Shown: in pieces, positions 50,278 through 59,791 of the stretch
Layout: each line of letters begins with the position of its first letter
Position numbering within the stretch: position 1 is the stretch's first letter
Origin: Trichormus sp. ATA11-4-KO1
GTDB taxonomy: Bacteria > Cyanobacteriota > Cyanobacteriia > Cyanobacteriales > Nostocaceae
DNA: 64,000 nt
Direction of reading: 5' to 3'
NCBI GenBank assembly: GCA_019358915.1
Contig: JAHHIM010000036.1
Coordinates: 32,001 to 96,000 of the forward strand
Made by a program: the position numbers and the translations under genes
Notes under the pieces: generated by a model
Told to the model about the DNA's origin: nothing
Database searches by the model: none
The model's input: the letters and a program-made list of their open reading frames with translations, nothing else

Positions 50278-53016
50278 CTAACTATTAATCGCACCTCTGA
50301 CTAAAATAACTGTACAGTCCACACCAGAGGCGATCGCTTCGGGAATATTACCTTGAACAGCTTGCTGTAATAATCCCTCACGAGAAGCACCTAAAACTAC
50401 AACATCATAACCTTCGGTTTTTACTAGGTTAATCACTCCTTCGGCAACCGAATCAGCTTGCACTGGTATAGCAACTACATTACTGGATAATTTGCGGCGA
50501 CGCATTAATATCCGGATAGCTTGTTCCAAAACTGTCATGTCTGGTTTTAATTGAGATGGTTTAAACACCTGTGTCAGACGAATGTATGGATCATTACCCA
50601 ATGTCACTAAGGCAGGTAATAATTTAATCGCTACCCTAGCATTAGGGCCGCCAGCCATTGTGACTAGCCAACGGTTGAATTCTGGAGTGGGTAGAGACGC
50701 GATTGATGAGCCAGCAGGTTGCGGTAATTCCCCCCGTTGTAAGGACTGGCGTTGCATCTCTACCAGGGACTGGGGAAATGGAGTGGAAAGTATTCTTTGT
50801 TCTTTTTGCCCCAGTTTTACTAGCATCACGTCACAGGTGGCTTGGCGAATTATGGTGTCTACAACATTGCCAAAAATCCGCCCTGGGGTGGAAGTTTGAC
50901 CTTTCCACCCCATTAAAATTAGGTTGATGTGTCGTTCCTCGATGGTTTCCAATATTGCCTGAGCTGGGTCGTGGGCAACTCGAATCTGGGTGTGTAAGGG
51001 AATTTTCCACTTTTTCGCTAAAACTTCTGCCTGTCGTAGTAAGCGGCGACTTTTGGCTGTTCTGACTGGTGTTTCGCTTGGGGAACTGTGGCGTGATACC
51101 AATATCACTTGTACGCACTCTATTTCATAGTGGCGATCGCGGGCAATAGCTGCGGCCATTTGTAAGAGGATGGCTGCGGTTTCGGGATTAGCTACTGGTA
51201 CTAATAATCTTCCTCGGCCGATGTTGGGCGATCGCGTTTGATAAACTACATAAGAAGGTTCTAATTGCGGTGCTGGGGTGGTGTTGCCATAGTTAAGATG
51301 TTCGGCTTCTGCCCGGATGATGTCTGCACGAGTAATAATGCCCACCAGTTTCCTACCTTCGACTACTGGTAAACGACTAATTTGATAGCGATCTAGCAAA
51401 TACAGTACATTACTCAAGTTGTACTTGGGTTGTACAGTCATCGGGGCAGGTATCATAATTTCCCTTAACAGGGTATCGTTGGGGAAGTTGCGATCGCGAA
51501 GCATGTCTGAATCACTATCGCGGTTTTTAATCAAATCCGATTGCGTGACAATTCCGACTAATTTGCCATTCTCTACCACGGGAAAGCCACGATGATGGGA
51601 ACGAGAAAATACTTGCATTGCTTCGTCTAAGCTCATGTCTGCATCCAAAGTTTCTACCCGTTGCTGCATGACATCGTTGGCTGTTAACTTGGTTAATATG
51701 CCTTCGGCAGAAACTGCTTTGGTAATTGTGATGCCTTTTAACTGCAATAGTTTGTCATACAGAGATCCAGGCATGACTTTATCGGTCACCAAGTAAGCTG
51801 CCACAGATACAATCATCAAAGGTAATACTAGATTGAAATCTGTAGTCATTTCAAACACAATTACAATTGCGGTGAATGGTACTTTGGAAACGGCACTAAA
51901 AAACCCCCCCATGCCTGCTAAAGCGTAAGTTGTCGGGGAACCTACTTCCAAGAAATAAGTAGCAGACACACCAACCAAATGCCCTAAACAAGAACCCAAA
52001 ATTAAACTAGGAGCAAATAACCCCCCAGGAGCGCCGGAACCAAATGCTATCAAGGTAAGGATAAACTGAGCTATAAAGGCGATCGCCGCGAAGGATACAT
52101 TAGCATCACTAGTTAACATATACTCCCGTAAGCCTGTATAATTACGGAAAGGCTCAGGCAGCATGGCCACGACAATACCGGAAATACATCCAGCTAAAGC
52201 TACTCTTAGGGGCAAGCTAAGATGTAAATTATGATAAGCTTTAATACTGGCAACCACGCCACGATTAAATAATGCCCCTAGTAACCCAGACAAAATGCCC
52301 AACAGTAAAAAAAAGGGAATTTCTGGGAGGGTGAAGTTACTAGAGTATTGCAGCAATTGCGGGTTTAACTGGAAACTACCGCCACCCAACAACCGGGATA
52401 CTACCCCACCAATGAACGAAGCAATAATGGCGGTTCCTAAAGTCAGCCCTGATAAATCATGGAGTAATTCCTCAACGATGAACAATACACCCGCGATGGG
52501 GGCATTAAAAGCAGCTGACAAGCCAGCACCCGCACCAGCTGCAATCATCTGTCTTCGATGATCTGGGGAAGTGGGAACCCATCGACTCATTCCTGCTGCT
52601 AAACCTGCTCCCACATGGACAGTGGGGCCTTGTCGCCCCAAAGTCATCCCCGAACCGAGGGTAATAATGGCACTAAGTAACTTCACCAATGCCACCCGCC
52701 AAGATAAAGTAATCGGTACATTGGCCAGAGTCGCTTTAACTTGCGGGATACCGCTACCCGAGGCCTCTGGGGCAAATCTCTGCACTAACCAGCCAGCAAT
52801 AAAACCAAAGCTCAGACCGATCGCAGGTAAGGCGACCCATGCAGGTAAAATTTGGGTAGTCTGAACTCGCCATGTTCCCAAAGATCCCGATCCTACTTTC
52901 AGGAATACCGCAGATAGGGCAGCTACAAGACCAATAATAGAAGCTTCTGCGATCGCTAAACCTCTTCTAGGCTGCAACCAGTTGCGAAAGCGCACAGTAA
53001 GAACAGGAAGCGACAT
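50278..53016 (-). CDS. CLC chloride channel/transporter fused to a CBS pair and universal-stress-protein domains
   Basis: GSGIP, GRQGP, FNAP, GLFAP; two CBS repeats; LLVPVANP and GGPNA USP-like domains. Confidence 0.93.
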   Translation of the reverse strand: MSLPVLTVRFRNWLQPRRGLAIAEASIIGLVAALSAVFLKVGSGSLGTWRVQTTQILPAWVALPAIGLSFGFIAGWLVQRFAPEASGSGIPQVKATLANVPITLSWRVALVKLLSAIITLGSGMTLGRQGPTVHVGAGLAAGMSRWVPTSPDHRRQMIAAGAGAGLSAAFNAPIAGVLFIVEELLHDLSGLTLGTAIIASFIGGVVSRLLGGGSFQLNPQLLQYSSNFTLPEIPFFLLLGILSGLLGALFNRGVVASIKAYHNLHLSLPLRVALAGCISGIVVAMLPEPFRNYTGLREYMLTSDANVSFAAIAFIAQFILTLIAFGSGAPGGLFAPSLILGSCLGHLVGVSATYFLEVGSPTTYALAGMGGFFSAVSKVPFTAIVIVFEMTTDFNLVLPLMIVSVAAYLVTDKVMPGSLYDKLLQLKGITITKAVSAEGILTKLTANDVMQQRVETLDADMSLDEAMQVFSRSHHRGFPVVENGKLVGIVTQSDLIKNRDSDSDMLRDRNFPNDTLLREIMIPAPMTVQPKYNLSNVLYLLDRYQISRLPVVEGRKLVGIITRADIIRAEAEHLNYGNTTPAPQLEPSYVVYQTRSPNIGRGRLLVPVANPETAAILLQMAAAIARDRHYEIECVQVILVSRHSSPSETPVRTAKSRRLLRQAEVLAKKWKIPLHTQIRVAHDPAQAILETIEERHINLILMGWKGQTSTPGRIFGNVVDTIIRQATCDVMLVKLGQKEQRILSTPFPQSLVEMQRQSLQRGELPQPAGSSIASLPTPEFNRWLVTMAGGPNARVAIKLLPALVTLGNDPYIRLTQVFKPSQLKPDMTVLEQAIRILMRRRKLSSNVVAIPVQADSVAEGVINLVKTEGYDVVVLGASREGLLQQAVQGNIPEAIASGVDCTVILVRGAINS

Positions 53017-53384
53017 AAGAATTAAAAATTAAAAATTAAAAATATAACAATAATAATTAAAGGTTTGTAGTGTAAAGCCCTGACGGGCGTGGCGGCGTGT
53101 CTCGAAGAGAGGACTTTAGTCCTCAAAAAGGGCTAGAGCGGCTTACTACGAACTTATTTTAATAATTTTACGTTATTTAACATACTTTGCTTTATTCCCG
53201 CCAACTTACTTACCAGGGACTAAAAAAGCCGATTCTCGATTAATTCCGAAATTACAAGTTACCTATCTATATAACTATACGCTCAACGCAGCAAATGTAA
53301 CATTTAATTACGACCTTTCTGAGACTCCCAGGGTACATTGACTCTTTCTGCTTCAACTCCAGCTTAATTTTTAATTTTTAATTT

Positions 53385-54698
53385 TTAATTACTTCTGCCT
53401 GTGGTGGATAGTCCTTCTACTATCAATGATGGAGTGTAACAAGAACCATTCCAATCAGCATCAGCACCCAATGCAACTAATTGTTTCAGAGCTGTATACA
53501 CATTACCTGTAACCATCGTATCTTTAACACGCCCCATTACATGACCATTTTTTACACGATAACCCAAATCGATATTGATGGAAAAGTCACCAGAAATGCC
53601 ATTGCCACCACCAAGCATCTGATCGACAATTAAGCCATCGTCCATTTGTTGAATTAAATCTTGTAGTGATCCAGAACCCGGTTGGATCAAGAAATTAAAT
53701 AACCCAGGGGAGGGATAACTGCCAAAACTAGGGCGAAAACCATTACCAGTGGTATTAATGCCCAATTGGCGACCAGTGGTGCGATCGCAATAAAAATGCT
53801 GTAGAATCCCGTCTTGGATAAATACTAAAGGAATCGTAGGAGTACCTTCATCATCAAAAGGGCAACTGTAAGGGCCAGCTTGTGGATCTTGGTAGAGAGT
53901 AAGACTAGATGACATGACTGGGTGACCGAGTTTTTCTGCCCAAGGTGAAGCAAACTCTAAAATACGCTTGCCATTCAAGGCTGCTTGTGCTGTACCCCAA
54001 AGCATATCAGCAGCTTTAGAAGTAAACAAAACTGGCACACGACCGCTAGGGGATGGGACGTTTTCTTGAGACCAATCTAACCGTTGTAAAATTTGCTGGG
54101 CTAATTTATCAGGGTGCAAAATATCCCGTTGAGTTTGTCCATCAGCAACACTCAAAAAATCATCGCCCCGGACCCATTCTGCCGACATATAGCAACTGAG
54201 GGTAGTGTCAGTGTAGTAACAATCTAAACCTTGACTATTCATAAGTCTAGTAGTTTCCACATCACATTCCCAGTCACTGTTGCAAAGAACATCGGGATAT
54301 GCTTCTCGGACGAGGGCGATCGCTTCTTTGCCCCAGTTTACCAACACTTCTAAAGGTACAGCTTCCCCTATATCTGGATAAAAGGGCTGAGATTTATGGG
54401 CTAATTCTACTGGTTCTGGTTGATTAAGTTGACTCAAAGCCAAAGCTCGTTCCACCATCGCTTGTGCTTGGACAGAACCGTAAGCTACCGTGAGTCCTGG
54501 ACGCCCATTTAGCCACAGCCGCAATGCCGTGCCTTCAGATTGGCTGGTTTCTAACTGCTTGAGTCTATTAGCCTCAAAAAATACAGGACGAGACAGCGAT
54601 CGCGACTGATACACTTCAGCAGCTTCTGCTCCCGATTTGATGGCTAGTTCTAGCAGCTGTTCTGCTAGTACATCTTGTGACAAATTTTCAGAACCCAT
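53385..54698 (-). CDS. pmbA: TldD/PmbA family protein (PmbA/TldE type)
   Basis: FDDEGTP, TTGNG, SGDFS, G.VKD.M..GN; no HExxH. Confidence 0.85.
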   Translation of the reverse strand: MGSENLSQDVLAEQLLELAIKSGAEAAEVYQSRSLSRPVFFEANRLKQLETSQSEGTALRLWLNGRPGLTVAYGSVQAQAMVERALALSQLNQPEPVELAHKSQPFYPDIGEAVPLEVLVNWGKEAIALVREAYPDVLCNSDWECDVETTRLMNSQGLDCYYTDTTLSCYMSAEWVRGDDFLSVADGQTQRDILHPDKLAQQILQRLDWSQENVPSPSGRVPVLFTSKAADMLWGTAQAALNGKRILEFASPWAEKLGHPVMSSSLTLYQDPQAGPYSCPFDDEGTPTIPLVFIQDGILQHFYCDRTTGRQLGINTTGNGFRPSFGSYPSPGLFNFLIQPGSGSLQDLIQQMDDGLIVDQMLGGGNGISGDFSINIDLGYRVKNGHVMGRVKDTMVTGNVYTALKQLVALGADADWNGSCYTPSLIVEGLSTTGRSN

Positions 54699-54730
54699 GA
54701 CCCTCGGTGAATTGTGGATTTTGGATTTTG

Positions 54731-54874
54731 AACTGCAAATGAACGCAGATAATTATCCCAAATCATTGCTGTCCATCTACGTCATTTAAAAACGCAGATG
54801 GACGCAGATAATTATCCCAAATCATTGGTATCTATCCGCGTCTCATGCAAGCAGAGAATTTTCCCAAAATCATC
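54731..54874. repeat. Degenerate ~59-bp tandem repeat (about 2.5 units)
   Basis: ACGCAGATAATTATCCCAAATCATTG at 54743 and 54802; degenerate third copy at about 54851. Confidence 0.75.
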
Positions 54875-54911
54875 AATGTGTATCAGTCTGTATCAGTATG
54901 CGGCTTCCTAA

Positions 54912-55023
54912 GTGCTGAGTGCTTCTAAAAGTGCTGAGTGCTGAGTGCTGAGTGCTGAGTCTTGTAATACTAATCCCCTTGTCCCCTTATCACCTATCAC
55001 CTGTCACCTATCACCTGTCACCT
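54912..55023. repeat. STRR heptamer tracts (GTGCTGA)n and (TCACCTR)n
   Basis: Direct inspection. Confidence 0.85.
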
Positions 55024-55026
55024 CTA

Positions 55027-55887
55027 CTAAAGATTCACCTCTTGTAGCAGCCAAAAACCAGCAAAGGATTCTGCTTGGGGTTCAGACTGTACACCAATAA
55101 AATGCACACCATTAGCTTTTTGCTTGGCTTCTTCAAAACCTTTGGCTTCTGCTAAGGTTTGAGGATTTTTGATATTGGCCAAAATCCAACTTTCAGTAGC
55201 ACCAGTTTCTAAAATCAATCTCCCACCTTGTTTGGTATCAAACCTCAAGAAAGCCAACTCCAAACCAGACATCCAGCCTGCTATGGGTAAAGCTCTCGGT
55301 GAGAAAATTAAAACTCCAGGAATGCGGGTTTCGGGCGATAGCTGGGCTAATTCTAGAGGGAAAGCTTCACCAAAGCCAATTTCCCATTCTGGCATTTCGG
55401 CAAAATCAGCAGCTTGTAAGCTGACAAAAGCCCACTGCTTTCCTTCTAAAGCGTCTGGTAAACGTTGAGGTAAGGGGCTTTCCAAGCGCACCGAAGGATT
55501 AGTTCCTTCTTGATATCCTGGTTCTTGGGGATAAACTTCCTCCATTCGCTGTTTTAGCCATTGGTTGAGAACTAAAGTGCGGCGGCTAAGTTGGGCAGGG
55601 ATACCCACATCCTGGCAAGCTTTAGTAATCATGTTGTTCATTTGGCGACGGAAAAAGCGGATTTTGATTGGTGCTTCGCCAGCTTTGGTAATTGCTTCCT
55701 GCAACGCCGTCCGCAACCAACCGGAATTTACTTGAGTACTAGAGCAATATTGAGCATAGCGAAACAAGGAATCGGCTTTTGTGCCGATATCTAAAGGACT
55801 TTCGCAGACTAAGACTTCCCAAACTTTTTTCTGATTTGCGTCCAAAATTGGACGAGAGTAAAAATCAATTTCCCAAATGCTACCCAT
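55027..55887 (-). CDS. Tab2/Atab2 family RNA-binding protein (DUF1092)
   Basis: WEIDFYSRPILD...KKVWEVL, IRFFRRQM, FAGFWLL; start trimmed to ATG 55887. Confidence 0.92.
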   Translation of the reverse strand: MGSIWEIDFYSRPILDANQKKVWEVLVCESPLDIGTKADSLFRYAQYCSSTQVNSGWLRTALQEAITKAGEAPIKIRFFRRQMNNMITKACQDVGIPAQLSRRTLVLNQWLKQRMEEVYPQEPGYQEGTNPSVRLESPLPQRLPDALEGKQWAFVSLQAADFAEMPEWEIGFGEAFPLELAQLSPETRIPGVLIFSPRALPIAGWMSGLELAFLRFDTKQGGRLILETGATESWILANIKNPQTLAEAKGFEEAKQKANGVHFIGVQSEPQAESFAGFWLLQEVNL

Positions 55888-56092
55888 GTTTTGCCGTGAA
55901 AATCTGGCGACTTCATTGTTTCTTATCATTTTCATCATAAGAGGGAATGGGGAGTGGGGAGTGGGGGAAGACTTCTAATTCAAAAACCCAAAAGTAAGTC
56001 AGTCTTAATCGCGTTGGTCAGGAGATTCCAAATCACTTATCGTGGTTGGTATTGGTAGCACTAATGACGGGGCGAAGTCCATCGCGTTTAGC

Positions 56093-57421
56093 TCAACGGC
56101 GTGATGCGGACGAACCACTACTGGACTTTTTGCCATCTGTCACGGTTCGTGGTGCCGATTGTTTAACTGATGTCTGTGGTGAAGGTTTAGCAGTAGAACG
56201 AGCCGGACGCTTGCTACCTTTAGGTTTGGGTCTGTGTTTGCGTCCATCGGGAATTGCTTCTAACTTGGTGTAGACATTGGCTCCCATCCCAGCAACCACT
56301 TCACAAGGCAAGCGCTGTTCAATCAGTTTTTCAATATCTGCCAATAGCTGGTATTCATCGACGCACACGAGCGAGATAGCTGCACCTGACGCACCAGCAC
56401 GACCAGTACGACCAATGCGATGAACATAATCGGCGGGTACATTGGGCAGATCAAAGTTGACCACATGAGGTAGTTCGCTGATGTCGAGACCTCGTGCGGC
56501 AATGTCGGTTGCCACTAGTACCTGTAAACTGCCGTTCTTGAACTTCGCCAGAGCGTGGGTACGTGCCGACTGGCTCTTATTACCGTGGATAGCCAGTGCT
56601 TGAATGCGATCCTGGGTCAACTGCTTCACCAGACGGTCAGCACCATACTTAGTGCGAGTGAACACTAGGACTTGCTGCCAATTATCTTGCCTAATCAGGT
56701 GAGCCAGTAATTGGCGTTTCCTGTCACGGTCTACTTTGTAGACTTTCTGTACCACTGTGTCGGCGGTAACGTTGCGGCGTGCCACCTCGATCTGCGTCGG
56801 GCGATGGAGTAACCCGGCGGCAAGTGCCTTGATTTTTTCGGAGAAGGTGGCGAAGAATAGCAAGTTTTGTCGCTGTTTGGGCAGAAGCGAGAGAATGCGG
56901 CGGATATCACGTATAAAGCCCATATCTAGCATCCGGTCTGCTTCATCTAACACCAAAACCTCAATATGTGACAGGTTCACTGTCCCCTGCTGCACGTGGT
57001 CTAGGAGTCTTCCTGGGGTAGTAACCAGAATATCCACGCGGCTCTGCAAACGCTGCTTTTGCTGACTAATGCTGACTCCGCCAAACATTACCATTGACTT
57101 TAGTTTCAGGTACTTGCCATACTCACGCACGCTTAACTCCACCTGTGCGGCGAGTTCACGAGTCGGGGTGAGAATTAGCGCCCGGATCGGCGAGCATCCA
57201 TTAGATGTGCTTTTAATGTTCTTGTCGGACGACAACCGATGCAGGAGCGGCAGGGTGAAACTGGCAGTCTTTCCCGTCCCCGTTTGGGCACCAGCTAGCA
57301 AATCACCACCCGACAAGACGGCAGGAATCGCCTGCATCTGGATTGGTGTGGGTTTGGTGTACCCTCGCTCGGTGACGGCGCGGATAATTTCATTGGACAA
57401 GCCAAGAGTAGAAAAAGACAT
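56093..57421 (-). CDS. crhC: Cold-inducible DEAD-box RNA helicase CrhC (RhlE-like)
   Basis: [26 protein letters not shown]; motif III is FAT instead of SAT, a known CrhC hallmark; GGAG RBS before ATG 57421. Confidence 0.88.
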   Translation of the reverse strand: MSFSTLGLSNEIIRAVTERGYTKPTPIQMQAIPAVLSGGDLLAGAQTGTGKTASFTLPLLHRLSSDKNIKSTSNGCSPIRALILTPTRELAAQVELSVREYGKYLKLKSMVMFGGVSISQQKQRLQSRVDILVTTPGRLLDHVQQGTVNLSHIEVLVLDEADRMLDMGFIRDIRRILSLLPKQRQNLLFFATFSEKIKALAAGLLHRPTQIEVARRNVTADTVVQKVYKVDRDRKRQLLAHLIRQDNWQQVLVFTRTKYGADRLVKQLTQDRIQALAIHGNKSQSARTHALAKFKNGSLQVLVATDIAARGLDISELPHVVNFDLPNVPADYVHRIGRTGRAGASGAAISLVCVDEYQLLADIEKLIEQRLPCEVVAGMGANVYTKLEAIPDGRKHRPKPKGSKRPARSTAKPSPQTSVKQSAPRTVTDGKKSSSGSSASRR

Positions 57422-57770
57422 AAAACTCCAGAAATAACATCGGCCTGTCGCCAGTGGCGGCATCAGTTTGAGGCGGATGAATGGTTTGAAGGGCTTTCTG
57501 GGCAGTAAACGCCAAGACTGAAAACGAATGCCGCAGCTCTGCATTTTAACAGAGTGCAGTTCGTTGTGTCGTCATGTTTTCAGACTTTATCCCTAGTTCT
57601 TTGATTGCCTGATTCCTTACTCCTCAAGCTTTTAATTCCGCTTACCACCTCCAAATCAGCGAACGGACAGTTAATACTTGCAAAACCTTGAGTTTTTATC
57701 AATTGGTAATTTCCAGACTTAACATACTCAGTGCTGAGTGAGGTTTGCATCTCGCAATTTTTAACTATTG

Positions 57771-57821
57771 CCAAAAGCAGCCCCACGCTTCTCTGCGAGT
57801 GAGATGTGGGGCTGCTTTTGG
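57771..57821. terminator. Strong hairpin terminator downstream of the transglutaminase gene
   Basis: Perfect 16-bp IR CCAAAAGCAGCCCCAC / GTGGGGCTGCTTTTGG. Confidence 0.8.
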
Positions 57822-57823
57822 TT

Positions 57824-59503
57824 TTAGCTAAAGGGTGGTAATTCTTTGAGAATCGTGAACCGAATGTGATTAAGTGCTAAATCACCTATGGGAATGTCTT
57901 CTTTCGTCAGCCTTTGACCTTGACTGCTCAAGGTTTCAAAGGTGATGCCTTTGCCAATTTCAATGTGATACCAGCATAAGCCCATAAAAAAGCGCGTAGG
58001 ATAAGGGCCATCATTCCCCACGTCATCAGGATTAGATTCCATGGGTAACCAGCCAAAACCTGGGATGTAAAATTCTAACCAAACATGGTTAAAGTCTGGT
58101 TGTAGAGGAACGCCCTGGTGTTCGCTATGGGGGGGGCACTTATACCTACCAACGGTGCGGCAGGGGATACCATTTAAACGGCACAGAGCCAGTAAAACGC
58201 CAACATACTCGCCACAGGAACCAATGCCCCGTTCTAGGACTAAATCTGGGGTGTCAATATGGGGTTTAATGCCATAGGACAGCTCATCGTAAACATAGTT
58301 GCGGATGTTGTACATTTTCCGCAGCAGATTGGTTTCTGAACCAATTGCCTCACGGGCAGCACGACGGACAATGGGAGTATCCATTGCCAAATCGTCATCA
58401 TCTACCAGGTAACGCGTCTGAAATTCTGGTGAGAGTTCAGGAATATCTTCTACATCTTTGGGTGTAATTCGATACTTAATTCCGCGAACTTCTAGCAGTG
58501 CTTTCCAGCCGAATATATGCCTTTCTCCTGGTGTGAGGGCATCAAATTTAAACACTGCCACACGTTGCCCGTCTATTTCTTCTTCTGTAAAGGGTAGACC
58601 AATAGGTTCAATGTGTTTCACCTTTTGGCGTTCAGTTTCTGATGGCAGGGCGATCCGCCATTCTACCTCTGGTAAATACACCTCTTCTAAAGGAGAAATT
58701 TCCTCAGCATAGGACATTTCAATCAGATAGCCATTAGAGAGGGCATATTTTTTATCAGCATCGTAATGATAATACAGGGGATGAATGAAAGTGCGATCGC
58801 GGTAAGTTAGCTCATGATTCGGGTCAGCATTGGGATTATCCCGGATATAAGGTTCATCCGAGGCATAGGCGACGAAAAGAGTTTCCTTACCTGTGTCGTC
58901 GGTATGGATGGCAATACCTGTGGGAAATTCAAATGGTGTTAAAATGCTGAATTGAATTTCGCCTGTGGCCCTATCCATAGCGTAAACGGTTTGTTCTGTG
59001 CGATCGCACACCCAAAGGGTTTCCTGGGTTACTGCTAAATTTTCCACCCCCACCCCAGGTGCATAGAACCGGGTGATTTCTTTGCGCGTATCGTGATCAA
59101 AAATTAGAATACAACCGAGCTTTTGGCAGCTAACATAAACTGTGGATTCCCAAACCGCAACGCCGTTAGCAGCATAAGGCAAGGTGACAAAATGCTCTAA
59201 ACCTAAAGACGCAATCTGGGACAAATAAACACTGTTCCCACGAGTTACCCAGAGGGAATTTGACCACACTGCTAAACCTGTGACTTCGCTAAATTCCCCG
59301 ACTTGGTGAGGATTGAGAATTTTGCTGTTGTCAGAAGCAGGATCAATCTCCAGTAAATGTCCTTTAGTAGTATCAATGGCGACGAGTGTATCTTTAATGA
59401 AAGCAATGCCACACAGCGTGGCAGCTGTTAGCGGTCGAATCGTCCTTTGACCAAACATTTGGCTAGCAGTCAAACTAGGGAGGGCAAAACTCATATTACG
59501 CAT
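57824..59503 (-). CDS. Transglutaminase-like protein with N-terminal beta-propeller
   Basis: GSCGEY (Cys), FNHVWLE (His), GW.P.ESNPDD; N-terminal GLAV/GVAV/GIAI strand repeats. Confidence 0.85.
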   Translation of the reverse strand: MRNMSFALPSLTASQMFGQRTIRPLTAATLCGIAFIKDTLVAIDTTKGHLLEIDPASDNSKILNPHQVGEFSEVTGLAVWSNSLWVTRGNSVYLSQIASLGLEHFVTLPYAANGVAVWESTVYVSCQKLGCILIFDHDTRKEITRFYAPGVGVENLAVTQETLWVCDRTEQTVYAMDRATGEIQFSILTPFEFPTGIAIHTDDTGKETLFVAYASDEPYIRDNPNADPNHELTYRDRTFIHPLYYHYDADKKYALSNGYLIEMSYAEEISPLEEVYLPEVEWRIALPSETERQKVKHIEPIGLPFTEEEIDGQRVAVFKFDALTPGERHIFGWKALLEVRGIKYRITPKDVEDIPELSPEFQTRYLVDDDDLAMDTPIVRRAAREAIGSETNLLRKMYNIRNYVYDELSYGIKPHIDTPDLVLERGIGSCGEYVGVLLALCRLNGIPCRTVGRYKCPPHSEHQGVPLQPDFNHVWLEFYIPGFGWLPMESNPDDVGNDGPYPTRFFMGLCWYHIEIGKGITFETLSSQGQRLTKEDIPIGDLALNHIRFTILKELPPFS

Positions 59504-59791
59504 ATTTATTCCACGGTTTAGCGCACCTATAATTAATTTTGGTATATTCTTGGTGACCAAAATGGTGAGGTGGATGGCTCAGAGTTGCCACTAAAATGTG
59601 TTGACAACTACTTTTTTCTGGGTAAAAGTACATAGATAGCAAAAAAGAAAAAATTGGCAAATGTCTGAAATCACAGCCATATTCAACTTAAATAGCTTGG
59701 TGAGAGCCGCTTAATGTAACTTTAGTTGATGGTTTTCCAGCCATCACTAAATTATGATCGAATTTTGTAACCATTTCCTGTGTCATACACA

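Noticed and set aside
54731..54874. Possible mini CRISPR array
   Set aside because: Only two exact repeats; the intervening sequences are related to each other and to the repeat; no cas genes or leader
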